Assembly: GCA_903911145.1 (NCBI GenBank)
Contig: CAIWCD010000032.1
Span: 2,448-66,447 of the forward strand
Source of the DNA: an uncultured delta proteobacterium
GTDB taxonomy: Bacteria; Myxococcota; Myxococcia; Myxococcales; 40CM-4-68-19
Direction: 5' to 3'
Length of the DNA stretch: 64,000 nucleotides
The first letter of the stretch is position 1, and each line of letters begins with the position of its first letter. The notes beneath the pieces were generated by a model that made no database searches, had not been told where the DNA came from, and worked only from the letters and a program-made list of their open reading frames with translations. The position numbers and the translations under genes are program-made. Below are positions 1 through 8,369 of the stretch, piece by piece.

Positions 1-1854
1 CGTCAGCATCACGGTCTGGCCGCTCACGAAGTTGGCCGAGGCCGAGCCGCACGCGGTGCCGCAGTTGATTCCCGCCGGCGTCGAGATGACGGTGCCGTTC
101 GCGTTGCCGCCCGCCTTGGTCAGATTGAGCGCGACCGGCGTTCCGATCGGAAGGCTCACCGTCGCGCTGTTGTTGGTGAGGTTCGGGTCGATGATTCCCG
201 AGGGAGACGAGGCAGTCGCGGTGTTGACCATCGTTCCCGACGCACCGCCTGCGATCGTGCCCCAGACCGTGATCGTGATCTGTCCGCCGTTGTAGCCGAG
301 GCGGGGATTGATCGAGATGTTGCCCGTCGCGTTGGTGACCGTGGTGCAGGTGCCGCCCGAGCAGTCTTTGCACTTGGTCGCCGTGCCGACCTGCGCGATG
401 CCGCTGTTGCTGACAGCGCACGACCAGGTCGCGCCGGTGAGCTGCGCGGGCATCACGTCGGTGAGCGAGAAGCTCTTTCCGAGGCTCGAGCGGAGCTGAT
501 CGGTGGCGCTGTTGTTGGTAACGGTGATTGTGTAGAGCGGGCTGCCCGAGGTGAAGGCCTGGCCCGGCGTGACAGACGAGACGCTCGCCGTCTTGGTGAC
601 GACGATGTCTGCCGTCGCCGCGCCTACGCCGCCGCTCACTGTGGTGGTGACCTTCGAGCCGAGCAGCGTGACGGCGTTGACCGCGCCGATCGTGTAGTTG
701 CCCGCGACGATCGAGCCGGTGGCGCTCCCCGAGACGTTGACCGTGATGGTGAACGTGTCTGATGCGCCGGGAGCGAGCGTGCCGATCGAGCAGGAGATCG
801 TGCCGGCCGTGCTGGCGGTCGGCGTCGTGCAGGTGACGCCGGACGGCAGCGTGCCGATCGACGCGTACGTCGTCTGGGGCGGCGTGGTGAAGTTCACCGA
901 TGTGCCGATCGCGGCCGTGCTGCCACCGTTCGCATAGTGGAGCGTGTAGGTGATGGTCCCGCCCGCAACGACCGAGGTCGGCGCGCTCGCGGAGACGAAC
1001 GGACCGGGAATGCTCGTGCCCGTTCCGTCGACGTAGACGCGGCCGAAGTGTCCACCCAGCGAGCAGCCCGAGCCGACGATCGTCAGCTGCACCTGATCGC
1101 CGACCGAGAGCGCCGCGTTGGCCGGCGAGATGTCGATGAGCTCCCAGTTGAGCCACTGCACCGCGTTGCCGGTCACGATGCTCGTCGTCGTGTTCCACGG
1201 CACACCCGCCTGTCCGGCCACGTTGAAGGCCGTGTAGAGCGTCGTCCCGCGCGTCACGTCGAGCAGCTCGACGTAATAGAAGGGCTGCTGGTTGTAGGCG
1301 TGCGCCGGATTCTCGAGCACCGGCGCGATGGCGAAGCGCACGTGCACCTGGCCGTCGGTCGGGTCGATGTCGCCGAGGCCGAGCGTCATCGACTGGCGCA
1401 GCACGTTGGCGTTCTTGTTGTTGCCGTACGCGCTCGCCGCCTTGTAGTTCACGCGCGCCGAGCGCAGGCCGTAGGCAGGGAAGTGGAACGGCTGGGCCGC
1501 GCCGAGGTCCGGATCGGACTGCGAGGCCGTCGCGCCGCCGACGACGAAGGTCTCGTTGATCGAGGTGCCGAGGCCGGAGAGGTTGAGCGCGGAGAAGCTC
1601 GCCGGGGGCGCGCTGGTCGTGCCGCTCACGCCGGTCGCGTTGAGATAGTCGAGAGTCGTCCAGCCCGTCGGCGGGGTTGCGCCAATGGCGTCTGCTTCCA
1701 TATCGCCGTTGACGAACACTGCGCTTGAACGCCCGCCCGCGTTGGCCGCGAGGCTTCCGGGGTTCGCGCCAGTGTTGCTCGCCTGGGTTCCGTTGCGGCA
1801 ACCGCCAAGGAGCGCGACAGCAACGAGAGAGGATGCGAGGACAATACGATTCAT
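1..1854 (-). CDS. Secreted lipoprotein with DUF11-type repeat domains and InlB-B-repeat-like module (partial; C-terminus runs off the window)
   Basis: Absent from the ORF track because the frame stays open to base 1. Own translation from ATG at 1854..1852 gives MNRIVLASSLVAVALLGGC (lipobox). Later segments include LYTITVTNNSATD and TITYTLHYANGG (DUF11-like). The last residues, GTVISTPAGINCGTACGSASANFVSGQTVMLT, fit the divergent InlB B-repeat pattern. Confidence 0.7.
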   Translation of the reverse strand, partial: MNRIVLASSLVAVALLGGCRNGTQASNTGANPGSLAANAGGRSSAVFVNGDMEADAIGATPPTGWTTLDYLNATGVSGTTSAPPASFSALNLSGLGTSINETFVVGGATASQSDPDLGAAQPFHFPAYGLRSARVNYKAASAYGNNKNANVLRQSMTLGLGDIDPTDGQVHVRFAIAPVLENPAHAYNQQPFYYVELLDVTRGTTLYTAFNVAGQAGVPWNTTTSIVTGNAVQWLNWELIDISPANAALSVGDQVQLTIVGSGCSLGGHFGRVYVDGTGTSIPGPFVSASAPTSVVAGGTITYTLHYANGGSTAAIGTSVNFTTPPQTTYASIGTLPSGVTCTTPTASTAGTISCSIGTLAPGASDTFTITVNVSGSATGSIVAGNYTIGAVNAVTLLGSKVTTTVSGGVGAATADIVVTKTASVSSVTPGQAFTSGSPLYTITVTNNSATDQLRSSLGKSFSLTDVMPAQLTGATWSCAVSNSGIAQVGTATKCKDCSGGTCTTVTNATGNISINPRLGYNGGQITITVWGTIAGGASGTMVNTATASSPSGIIDPNLTNNSATVSLPIGTPVALNLTKAGGNANGTVISTPAGINCGTACGSASANFVSGQTVMLT

Positions 1855-2232
1855 CGGTCGACCATCTTGTGGCGCCTGCAGAGTTGATGGATGGAGCTCC
1901 GCCGCGCAGTCGACGGAAGCGGCGACGCATAACCGTTCACTTGATTTGGAGTCAACAGGCCCGACTTATCTTGCCGCTCACATTAAAAACTCATGAGAAC
2001 AAATTGGTCGGCAGAGCAGGCATCGCGGGTGGATCGGGCTGGGATCACATGCGCCGGTCATTCTCGCGAACACGATTGATTGATTTCTGAGAGCGCCATC
2101 GATCCAATTCTTTGGTCCGTGTACGCCGCAGTGAGATGCTCAGTTTGTTGACCGACTGACGCGCCAGAAGGCCTGGGCAAAGGTTTCGGCTCGCTCGCTT
2201 CACTTCCAGGCCTGCCTGGGAAAACCTCCGAG

Positions 2233-3279
2233 ATGCCGACCATGCGCCCGAACTTTCGTACTCCCGCTCTGCTCGCCACGCTCTGCTCCGCCCTCTTCGC
2301 CGCCGCGTGCGGTGGGCCAAACGACACGACGCTCTGCTACACCAACAGCGATTGCACGGGCGGCACGGTCTGCTTCGATGGCATCTGCCAGAGCGGCAAC
2401 GGAAACGCTGGTGGCAGCGGTGGCGGCAACGCGGGAGCCAACGGCGGTGGCAGCGGTGGCGGAAGTTCATCGCCGGCCGCGCTCGGCGGGGCCTGCTCAG
2501 TGCGCTCCGACTGTGCGTCTCCTCTGAGCTGCATCCCCTCGTCGGTCGGATTCCCGGGCGGCTACTGCTCGGACTCGTGCGGCTCGAGCTCGTGCCCGAA
2601 CAACTCGGCCTGCGTCGATCTGAGCAACACCAGCCTCGGCGGCCAGGCCTGCCTTGAGAGCTGCTCGGGCAACAGCTGCCGCAGCGGCTACGTCTGCTGC
2701 GCCGGATTCGGCAACGTCTGCACGCCGACCGGTATGTGCACCAACTCGGGCGGCGGCTCTGGTGGCGGCTCGGCGGGCGGCAGCGCGGGTGGCTCTGGTG
2801 GCGGCTCGGCGGGCGGCAGCGCAGGCGGCTCTGGTGGCGGCTCAGCAGGCGGCAGCGCAGGCGGCTCTGGTGGCGGCTCGGCAGGCGGCAGCGGTGGCGG
2901 CTCGGCCGGCGGCTCTGGTGGCGGCTCGGCGGGCGGCAGCGGTGGCGGCTCGGCCGGCGGCTCTGGTGGTGGCAGCGGCGGCGGCTCGGCGGGCGGCTCT
3001 GGTGGCGGCTCGGCGGGTGGCAGCGGCGGCGGCGCGGGCGGAGGCAGCGGCGGTGGCTCGGGAACCTGCTCGCAGCACACCTGGGCCAGCGACGTCGGAA
3101 ACGCATTCTCGAACGAGTGTGGCGGCTGCCACGGATGGGCGTCGAGCCAGTCAACCGTGAAGGGGAGCATCAGCTCCATCAAGTCGAGGATCAACAGCGG
3201 GAGCATGCCGCAGGGCGGCTGGAACAACTCCTCTGACAAGACGCTCATCCTCAACTGGATCACCTGCGGCGAGCCGTAG
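2233..3279 (+). CDS. Lipoprotein: Cys-rich N-domain, long Gly/Ser/Ala linker, C-terminal CxxCH haem-c-like domain
   Basis: ORF track 348 aa. Signal/lipobox LCSALFAAAC and the CYTNSDCTGGTVCFDGIC motif. (GGSAGGSGG)n linker. C-terminal end reads NECGGCHGW...INSGSMPQGG...WITCGEP. Confidence 0.75.
   Translation: MPTMRPNFRTPALLATLCSALFAAACGGPNDTTLCYTNSDCTGGTVCFDGICQSGNGNAGGSGGGNAGANGGGSGGGSSSPAALGGACSVRSDCASPLSCIPSSVGFPGGYCSDSCGSSSCPNNSACVDLSNTSLGGQACLESCSGNSCRSGYVCCAGFGNVCTPTGMCTNSGGGSGGGSAGGSAGGSGGGSAGGSAGGSGGGSAGGSAGGSGGGSAGGSGGGSAGGSGGGSAGGSGGGSAGGSGGGSGGGSAGGSGGGSAGGSGGGAGGGSGGGSGTCSQHTWASDVGNAFSNECGGCHGWASSQSTVKGSISSIKSRINSGSMPQGGWNNSSDKTLILNWITCGEP
2747..3063. repeat. Imperfect in-frame tandem repeats encoding the (GGSAGGS/GGSGG)n linker
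   Basis: Repeated ggcggctctggtggcggctcggcgggcggcagcgc units are visible in the DNA. They generate long spurious ORFs in the other five frames. Confidence 0.9.
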
Positions 3280-3308
3280 GCCCGCAGCAGCGGTATCCAT
3301 CGAGGCAA

Positions 3309-3350
3309 AAGAAAACCGCGCCAGGGAGCGATCCCGGCGCGGTTTTTCTT
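3309..3350. terminator. Hairpin terminator between convergent genes (A-run / stem / T-run, could act in both directions)
   Basis: aaaagAAAACCGCGCCaGGG-agcgat-CCCGGCGCGGTTTTtctttg: a roughly 13-bp GC stem with one bulge, flanked by A and T runs. Confidence 0.6.
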
Positions 3351-3410
3351 TGTCGTCGCTTCAGTCCAACGACGCTTCGCGGTCTTGGGGAACGGCCCCT
3401 GGGGCAGTCC

Positions 3411-4208
3411 TTAGTACGCGCTCCACGGCGCCTTGCAGCCGCGCTTGAGCAGCTCCTCGTTGTACGTCTTCGCGTTCGGATCGCTCTTCTCGTTCGGCGC
3501 GGCGTACCAGCGCATCACCACCGGGCCGCGGCCCGATGAGCGGGTGCAGTTGAGCGCGACGTGCGTGACTGGACACATTGACGGCGCAGCGGTCCCGATT
3601 CCAGTGCACGTGCTCTTGATTCCCTCGAAGGAGACCTGATCGCCGGGGAACTCGAAACAGCTCTGCGCGCCAGTGAGCTTCAGGTCGGGCGGGAACGGAG
3701 CGGTGCAGCCACCGTGGCTCGGGCTGCCCAGCGGCTTGGCGGCGCCCTCTTCGCCGTGCGCGGCGACTGGCGCTGCAGATGCGGCGGTCGCAGCTGCGAC
3801 GAGGGGCGTCCACGGCGCCTTGCAGCCGCGCTTGCGGACCTTCTCGTTGTAGTCCCTGGAGAACTCGCTCTCCTCCGCGGTGGCCGCGTACCAGCGCATC
3901 ACGATCAGCCCCGACTTCGACTCCTCCTGGCAGCTCTGCAGGACATGCTCGAGCGGGCAGGGCGTCGCCGCCGTCGTGCCCTCGCCGCACCCTTTCGCGA
4001 CCGCCTGCTCGGTGAACTTCGCGCCGAGGAAATCGATGCAGGTGGCGGGGCCCGCGAACGCCGGATTCACTGTGCCGTCCTCCTTCTTGATGGTCTGCGA
4101 GCAGCTGCCTTTCGTCGGGCTCGGAAGCGCGGGGGCGCTCTCAGCGCGGACGCGCGCGCTGACAAGATTGATCGCCAGAAGAGCAAGCAGCGGAAGCTTT
4201 CGGGTCAT
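3411..4208 (-). CDS. Secreted protein with two tandem ~100-aa six-Cys domains (unknown function)
   Basis: Signal peptide MTRKLPLLALLAINLVSARVRA. Both halves end in the same motif: VMRWYAATAEESEFSRDYNEKVRKRGCKAPW and VMRWYAAPNEKSDPNAKTYNEELLKRGCKAPW. Start chosen at 4208 (GGAG 7 nt upstream); 4220 is an alternative. Confidence 0.7.
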   Translation of the reverse strand: MTRKLPLLALLAINLVSARVRAESAPALPSPTKGSCSQTIKKEDGTVNPAFAGPATCIDFLGAKFTEQAVAKGCGEGTTAATPCPLEHVLQSCQEESKSGLIVMRWYAATAEESEFSRDYNEKVRKRGCKAPWTPLVAAATAASAAPVAAHGEEGAAKPLGSPSHGGCTAPFPPDLKLTGAQSCFEFPGDQVSFEGIKSTCTGIGTAAPSMCPVTHVALNCTRSSGRGPVVMRWYAAPNEKSDPNAKTYNEELLKRGCKAPWSAY

Positions 4209-4333
4209 GGGCAACTCCATCGGGAGGAAAGTCGCGACAGTAGGAGTGCATCCTGGATGGCATCAACTTTCTGAAGTCATGGCGCGAGAAGGGCACCGCG
4301 GCGAGTGGCTGAAAACCGCGATATGGAGAGCCG

Positions 4334-5566
4334 ATGAGCGAGCTGCAGGCGGAGCTGGAGCGGCGGGTGCGCGCGGGCGAGAGCGGGCTGCTCCTGCGGG
4401 AGGGGACGCTCCTGTCGTGCGTCGTGGCGGCGGATGCGGGCGAGCTGCTCTCGCGCCTCTCGGCAGCGCTCGAAGATCTGCGCACGTCGTCGTCGCGGGA
4501 GCGGGTGCGCGGTCTGGGACTCGACCGCGGCTTTCGTCTCGAGGAGTTGACCTCGGCCGCGCTGCGCCTGGGCGAGAACGACGATGCGCAGCTCGCCGAG
4601 AGCTTTCTGCGCCGCAGACTTCCGCGCGAGGCAACGCTGATTCTCTCTCGCGCAGAGGGGCCGCTGGTGCTCGGCGCGCTGCTCGAAGAGCGCATCGGCG
4701 CGGCTCCTTCGCGCACGCACTACGCGCAGGATCCCGACGGGCGACTGCGCGTCGAGGCGTTCGAATTGCACGTCACCGAGCACTGCAATCTGCGCTGCGC
4801 GAACTGCTGCAACATGTCGCCGCTCGTCGCCGAAAAGTTCCTCTCCGTCGAGGAGACGCACGCGCTCTGCGAACGCATGTCGACGGTGCTCGCGGCCGAC
4901 GTCTTCAAGATCATGGGCGGTGAGCCGCTGCTGCATCCCGACATCGCAGGCGTGCTGCGGGCTGTGCGCAGCACCTCGATCGGCGATCGCGTGCGGCTCT
5001 TCACCAACGGGCTGCTGCTGCCGTCGATGAAGGACGAGTTCTGGGAGGCACTCGATGAGCTGACCATCTCCGACTACACGAGCGCGAAGTTGAAACCGCA
5101 CGTTCTCGAGATGGCGCGCGAGCGATCGCGGCGGCACGGATTCGTGCTGAACATCAAGTCGGTGAACGAGTTCAGCCAGGTGCTCTCGCCGCGCTTCCAG
5201 GCGGATGACGCGCGGGTGCAGAAGACGTTCACCGAGTGCTGGCTGCGGCATCGCTGTCTCATCGTTCGCGGTGGCCGCTTCTTCATGTGCACGCGGGCCG
5301 CCTACGCCACGGACTTTCTCGAGCGCGCTGCGCACGAGCCGGTGCCGGGAGGAATCGCGCTCGACCGCTCCCAGGACGGGATTGCGCTCGACAGCCCTGA
5401 GCTCATCGCGCGGCTGACCGACTATCTCAATCGCACGCAGCCGCTGGCGGCTTGCCGCTTCTGCTTCGGGAGCGACGGTGGCGTCGAGCCGCACTACCAG
5501 CTCGGTCGGCTCGAGGTGCGCGACGGAATTCTCTCTCGGCAACTCAGCGAGGGCGTGCGTGGCTGA
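4334..5566 (+). CDS. Radical SAM protein with ~140-aa N-terminal extension and extra C-terminal cysteines
   Basis: CX3CX2C motif HCNLRCANCC (Cys codons at 4784, 4796, 4805). GGEPLL glycine-rich SAM motif. C-terminal cysteines in ECWLRHRC, FFMC and ACRFCFG. GGAGAG RBS 4 nt upstream of the ATG. Confidence 0.85.
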   Translation: MSELQAELERRVRAGESGLLLREGTLLSCVVAADAGELLSRLSAALEDLRTSSSRERVRGLGLDRGFRLEELTSAALRLGENDDAQLAESFLRRRLPREATLILSRAEGPLVLGALLEERIGAAPSRTHYAQDPDGRLRVEAFELHVTEHCNLRCANCCNMSPLVAEKFLSVEETHALCERMSTVLAADVFKIMGGEPLLHPDIAGVLRAVRSTSIGDRVRLFTNGLLLPSMKDEFWEALDELTISDYTSAKLKPHVLEMARERSRRHGFVLNIKSVNEFSQVLSPRFQADDARVQKTFTECWLRHRCLIVRGGRFFMCTRAAYATDFLERAAHEPVPGGIALDRSQDGIALDSPELIARLTDYLNRTQPLAACRFCFGSDGGVEPHYQLGRLEVRDGILSRQLSEGVRG

Positions 5567-6635
5567 AGCGGATCGCGCGCCGCACGTGGTGGCTTCGCGC
5601 GCGTCGCTACGTGATTGGCAAGGCGTGCAGCGGGCCTACCTGCGCGTGCGCGATGGGGCGCAGTCGTTGTCGCTCAAGCCGCTCGTGGAACATCCGCTGC
5701 GCTTCGATCGAGATGGTGTTCGCGCGGCCTTTGGTCTCGCAAATCGGCCACCAGAGCGGCCGAGAGCACCGCGAAGTTTCGACGGCGCGCGCGCGATCGA
5801 CGTGGAGAGCATCGAGTCGTTCGAGCGCACGCCGCTCGCGGGGATCGTGCAGCAGCCGCGCGCGCCGCTCACGCAGACGTCGCGCGATTTTCGCGAGCTG
5901 TTCCTCGACGAGACGGCGCGACTGCATCGGACCAGCGCGGCTGCAGCGCTCGCGCTCGGTGGAGGTCTCGATGCCGCGCTTGTGCTCGCCGCGATTCGTG
6001 AATGCGCGCTTCCGCTGCCGGCGCTGCTGACACTCGAGACAGGCTTCGCCAACTACGACGAAGTCGCGCAGGCCGAGGCGATCGCGCGTCACTTCTCGGC
6101 GCCGCTGATCGTCGTGCGGACCGCGCCTGGCGCGCTCGCGGCGCTGCTTCCTGAAGCGGTCGGGCACGCAGAGGCGCCGCTCTACAACCTCCATCCTGTC
6201 GGTCGCCTCGCGCTTGCGCAGGCAGCCCGCGCGCGCGGATTCGATGCGCTCTTCACGGGGGATGGCGCAGACGCCGCCTGCTGTGGCGCGCCCGATCTCG
6301 ACTACGTCCCGCTGGTCGCGGCGCTCACGACCGGCGCAGGCCTGCCGCTGCTCTCGCCGTTCTTTGAAGCAGAGACGATCGCGGCTGCGCGCGGTGACGA
6401 CAAGCAGCAGCTGCGATCGCTCGCGACCGCTCTGGGCCTGCCTCGCACGCTGATCGATGCGCCAAAGCGCGCGCGCCTGATGCCCGCGATCGATCTCTCG
6501 ATGCACCTCGACCTCGCGACTCTCGCGCTGCTCGCGCGCAATCTCGACGAGCCGTTGCAGCTCGACACCGACCGCGCGTGTGTCTCGTGGATCACGCTCT
6601 CGCTGCTCGCGCGCCAGCTCGAGGGAGCGCGCTGA
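5559..6635 (+). CDS. Asparagine-synthetase C-terminal (synthetase) domain-only protein with degenerate PP-loop
   Basis: LALGGGLDAALVLAA sits where the SGGxDS PP-loop would be. TGDGADAACCG resembles the AsnB GEGADELFGGY motif. There is no N-terminal Ntn glutaminase domain. The GTG at 5559 (8-nt overlap with the rSAM gene) is a guess; the ORF track frame opens at 5478. Confidence 0.65.
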   Translation: MAEADRAPHVVASRASLRDWQGVQRAYLRVRDGAQSLSLKPLVEHPLRFDRDGVRAAFGLANRPPERPRAPRSFDGARAIDVESIESFERTPLAGIVQQPRAPLTQTSRDFRELFLDETARLHRTSAAAALALGGGLDAALVLAAIRECALPLPALLTLETGFANYDEVAQAEAIARHFSAPLIVVRTAPGALAALLPEAVGHAEAPLYNLHPVGRLALAQAARARGFDALFTGDGADAACCGAPDLDYVPLVAALTTGAGLPLLSPFFEAETIAAARGDDKQQLRSLATALGLPRTLIDAPKRARLMPAIDLSMHLDLATLALLARNLDEPLQLDTDRACVSWITLSLLARQLEGAR

Positions 6636-8369
6636 ATGTGCGGGATCGCTGGCATCGTCCGCTTCGACCAACCCGCGAGCGCATTCGCGCAGCGCCTCGC
6701 GCCGATGCGTGCGCGGCTTCGTCACCGCGGGCCGGATGGCGAAGGCGAGCTCGTCACCTCGCACGCTGCGCTCGCGCACACGCGGCTCTCCATGCTCGAT
6801 GCCGCAGGCGGTGCGCAGCCGATGCAGAGCGCCGATGGCCGCTACACGCTCGTCTACAACGGTGAGCTCTACAACGACGCGCAGCTCCGGCAACGGCTTG
6901 CGCAACCCTTCCGCACGCGCAGCGATGCCGAGACGTTGCTCGCTGCGTGGTCTGCGTGGGGCGAGGAGTCGCTCCTCGCTCTCGACGGGATGTTCGCCTT
7001 CTTCATCTGGGACGAGCAGCAGCGCGTTGGCTTTGCCGCCCGCGATCGCCTCGGCGTCAAGCCGTTCGCCTATCTCCACGAGCGGGAAGAGTTCCGCTTT
7101 GCTTCCGAGGCGCGCGCGCTGCTCACCGATCGAACGGCGCACGCGGACGACGAAGCGATCATCGAAAATCTCGTCGCGCCCGCCTTCAGCGGAGTCTCGC
7201 GCTCGCCTTTTCGCGACGTGCGCTATCTCGCTCCAGGCGCGGTCTTGCGCATCGATGCGCGCGGCGTACGGACGCGTCGCTACTGGCGCTGGCGCGTGCA
7301 GGAGAGCGCCGCGACGGTGACGCCCGAGGAGATTCGCGAGACGTTGCAGAAGAGCGTGCACGACTCTCTGCACGCCGATGTTCCGCTCGGACTCTTCTTG
7401 AGTGGCGGAGTCGACTCGACCGCTCTGGGCGCGGCCGCGCGCGATTCGGGTACAGCGCTCGATGCCTTCACAGTGACCTACGAGGATCAGGCGAGCTGGC
7501 ACGACTCGGTGCTGGTGCTCGACGACGACACGCCGCACGCCCGCGTCGCCGCGACCGCGCTGGGCTTGAGATTTCACGAAGTGCCGGTGGCGAGAGCCGC
7601 GCTCGCAGAGGAGCTTGTCGCGCTCGCGAAAGCGAACGACGCGCTGCCCGCGTGGGAGCAGGAGTTGTCGCAGCGGGCGCTTTCCCGCGCGGCCTCGCGA
7701 CTCGTCAAAGGCGTGCTCGTCGGAGACGCCGCCGACGAGACGCACTACGGCTACCACTTCCTCCTCGACGAGCTCGCGACCTCACGGCCCGCGGCGATCT
7801 TCGCGCGCCTCGGCAGCGTGCCGATCGTCCGCACGATCGATCGAGATCCAGTCGCGCGCCTCGACGAGGAGTACCGCACGCTGGTCGCGGAGTCGGGCTG
7901 CACGTTCGATACGCAGGAGGCGCGCACGTTGGCGACGACGCAGTTGATCGTCGAGCGCTGGCTGCCGCGGCTGCTTCACAACGGCGATATCCACACCATG
8001 CAGTTCGGGCTCGAGGCGCGCGTGCCGTTTGCGAGCAATGCGCTGCTCGCCCTTGCTGGGCGCGTTCCTCCGCGAATCGGACTTCGCGGCGGCGTCGAGA
8101 AGGCGCTGCTGCGCGAGTCGCTGCGCGGGCTCATCCCCGAGTCGATCCGCACGCGGCGCAAGTCGGCGCTGCCCAAGGATCAAGGCGCGCAGGCGATCTA
8201 CCAGCGCGAGCTTCTGCGTCTCGAGTTGCATCCGCTCGTGCATCGGCTCGTCGATCTCGCCGCGATGAAGCCGCTGTTGCACGCGACCACTCTGCGCGAG
8301 AGCGAGCGGGCGCAGCTGTTTCGTGTTCTCTCTCTCCACCATTGGGCGATCGCGAACGAGGTCGTTTGA
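6636..8369 (+). CDS. Asparagine synthase (glutamine-hydrolysing)-like amidotransferase
   Basis: MCGIAGIV Ntn-Cys N-terminus and intact PP-loop LFLSGGVDSTALG; 577 aa. The ATG directly abuts the upstream TGA. Confidence 0.9.
   Translation: MCGIAGIVRFDQPASAFAQRLAPMRARLRHRGPDGEGELVTSHAALAHTRLSMLDAAGGAQPMQSADGRYTLVYNGELYNDAQLRQRLAQPFRTRSDAETLLAAWSAWGEESLLALDGMFAFFIWDEQQRVGFAARDRLGVKPFAYLHEREEFRFASEARALLTDRTAHADDEAIIENLVAPAFSGVSRSPFRDVRYLAPGAVLRIDARGVRTRRYWRWRVQESAATVTPEEIRETLQKSVHDSLHADVPLGLFLSGGVDSTALGAAARDSGTALDAFTVTYEDQASWHDSVLVLDDDTPHARVAATALGLRFHEVPVARAALAEELVALAKANDALPAWEQELSQRALSRAASRLVKGVLVGDAADETHYGYHFLLDELATSRPAAIFARLGSVPIVRTIDRDPVARLDEEYRTLVAESGCTFDTQEARTLATTQLIVERWLPRLLHNGDIHTMQFGLEARVPFASNALLALAGRVPPRIGLRGGVEKALLRESLRGLIPESIRTRRKSALPKDQGAQAIYQRELLRLELHPLVHRLVDLAAMKPLLHATTLRESERAQLFRVLSLHHWAIANEVV

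Noticed and set aside
2045-3308. Several 95-370-aa ORFs over the GGS-repeat region (Arg/Ser/Pro-rich, PPEPPA-type, poly-Ala/Arg), and the equivalent ORFs at 61443..62372
   Set aside because: They are alternative-frame readings of the tandem repeat. Only the frame with a lipobox and folded flanking domains is credible.
4221-4333. Possible RiPP precursor peptide upstream of the radical SAM gene
   Set aside because: This stretch of little more than 100 bp (the rest of the 4209-4333 control region is no better) contains only a 5-codon ORF and an out-of-frame ORF that runs into the rSAM gene. There is no RBS-preceded short ORF.
5607-7757. 716-aa minus-strand ORF, plus similar long ORFs such as 7782..9485(-), 14950..18255(-), 21453..23114(-), 27629..29353(-), 36273..37547(-), 45047..46495(+) and 48581..50554(+)
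   Set aside because: All lie antisense to, or out of frame with, ORFs that carry clear catalytic motifs. Their translations are Arg/Ala/Gly/Pro-rich low-information sequence, typical of open wrong frames in very GC-rich DNA, and none shows a recognisable motif.
5559-8369. Lasso-peptide cluster idea (the AsnB-like proteins as lasso cyclases)
   Set aside because: There is no transglutaminase-like B protease, no RRE/PqqD-like gene, and no plausible short precursor ORF. The full-length paralogue keeps the glutaminase Cys typical of true amidotransferases, and the context is glycosyltransferases.
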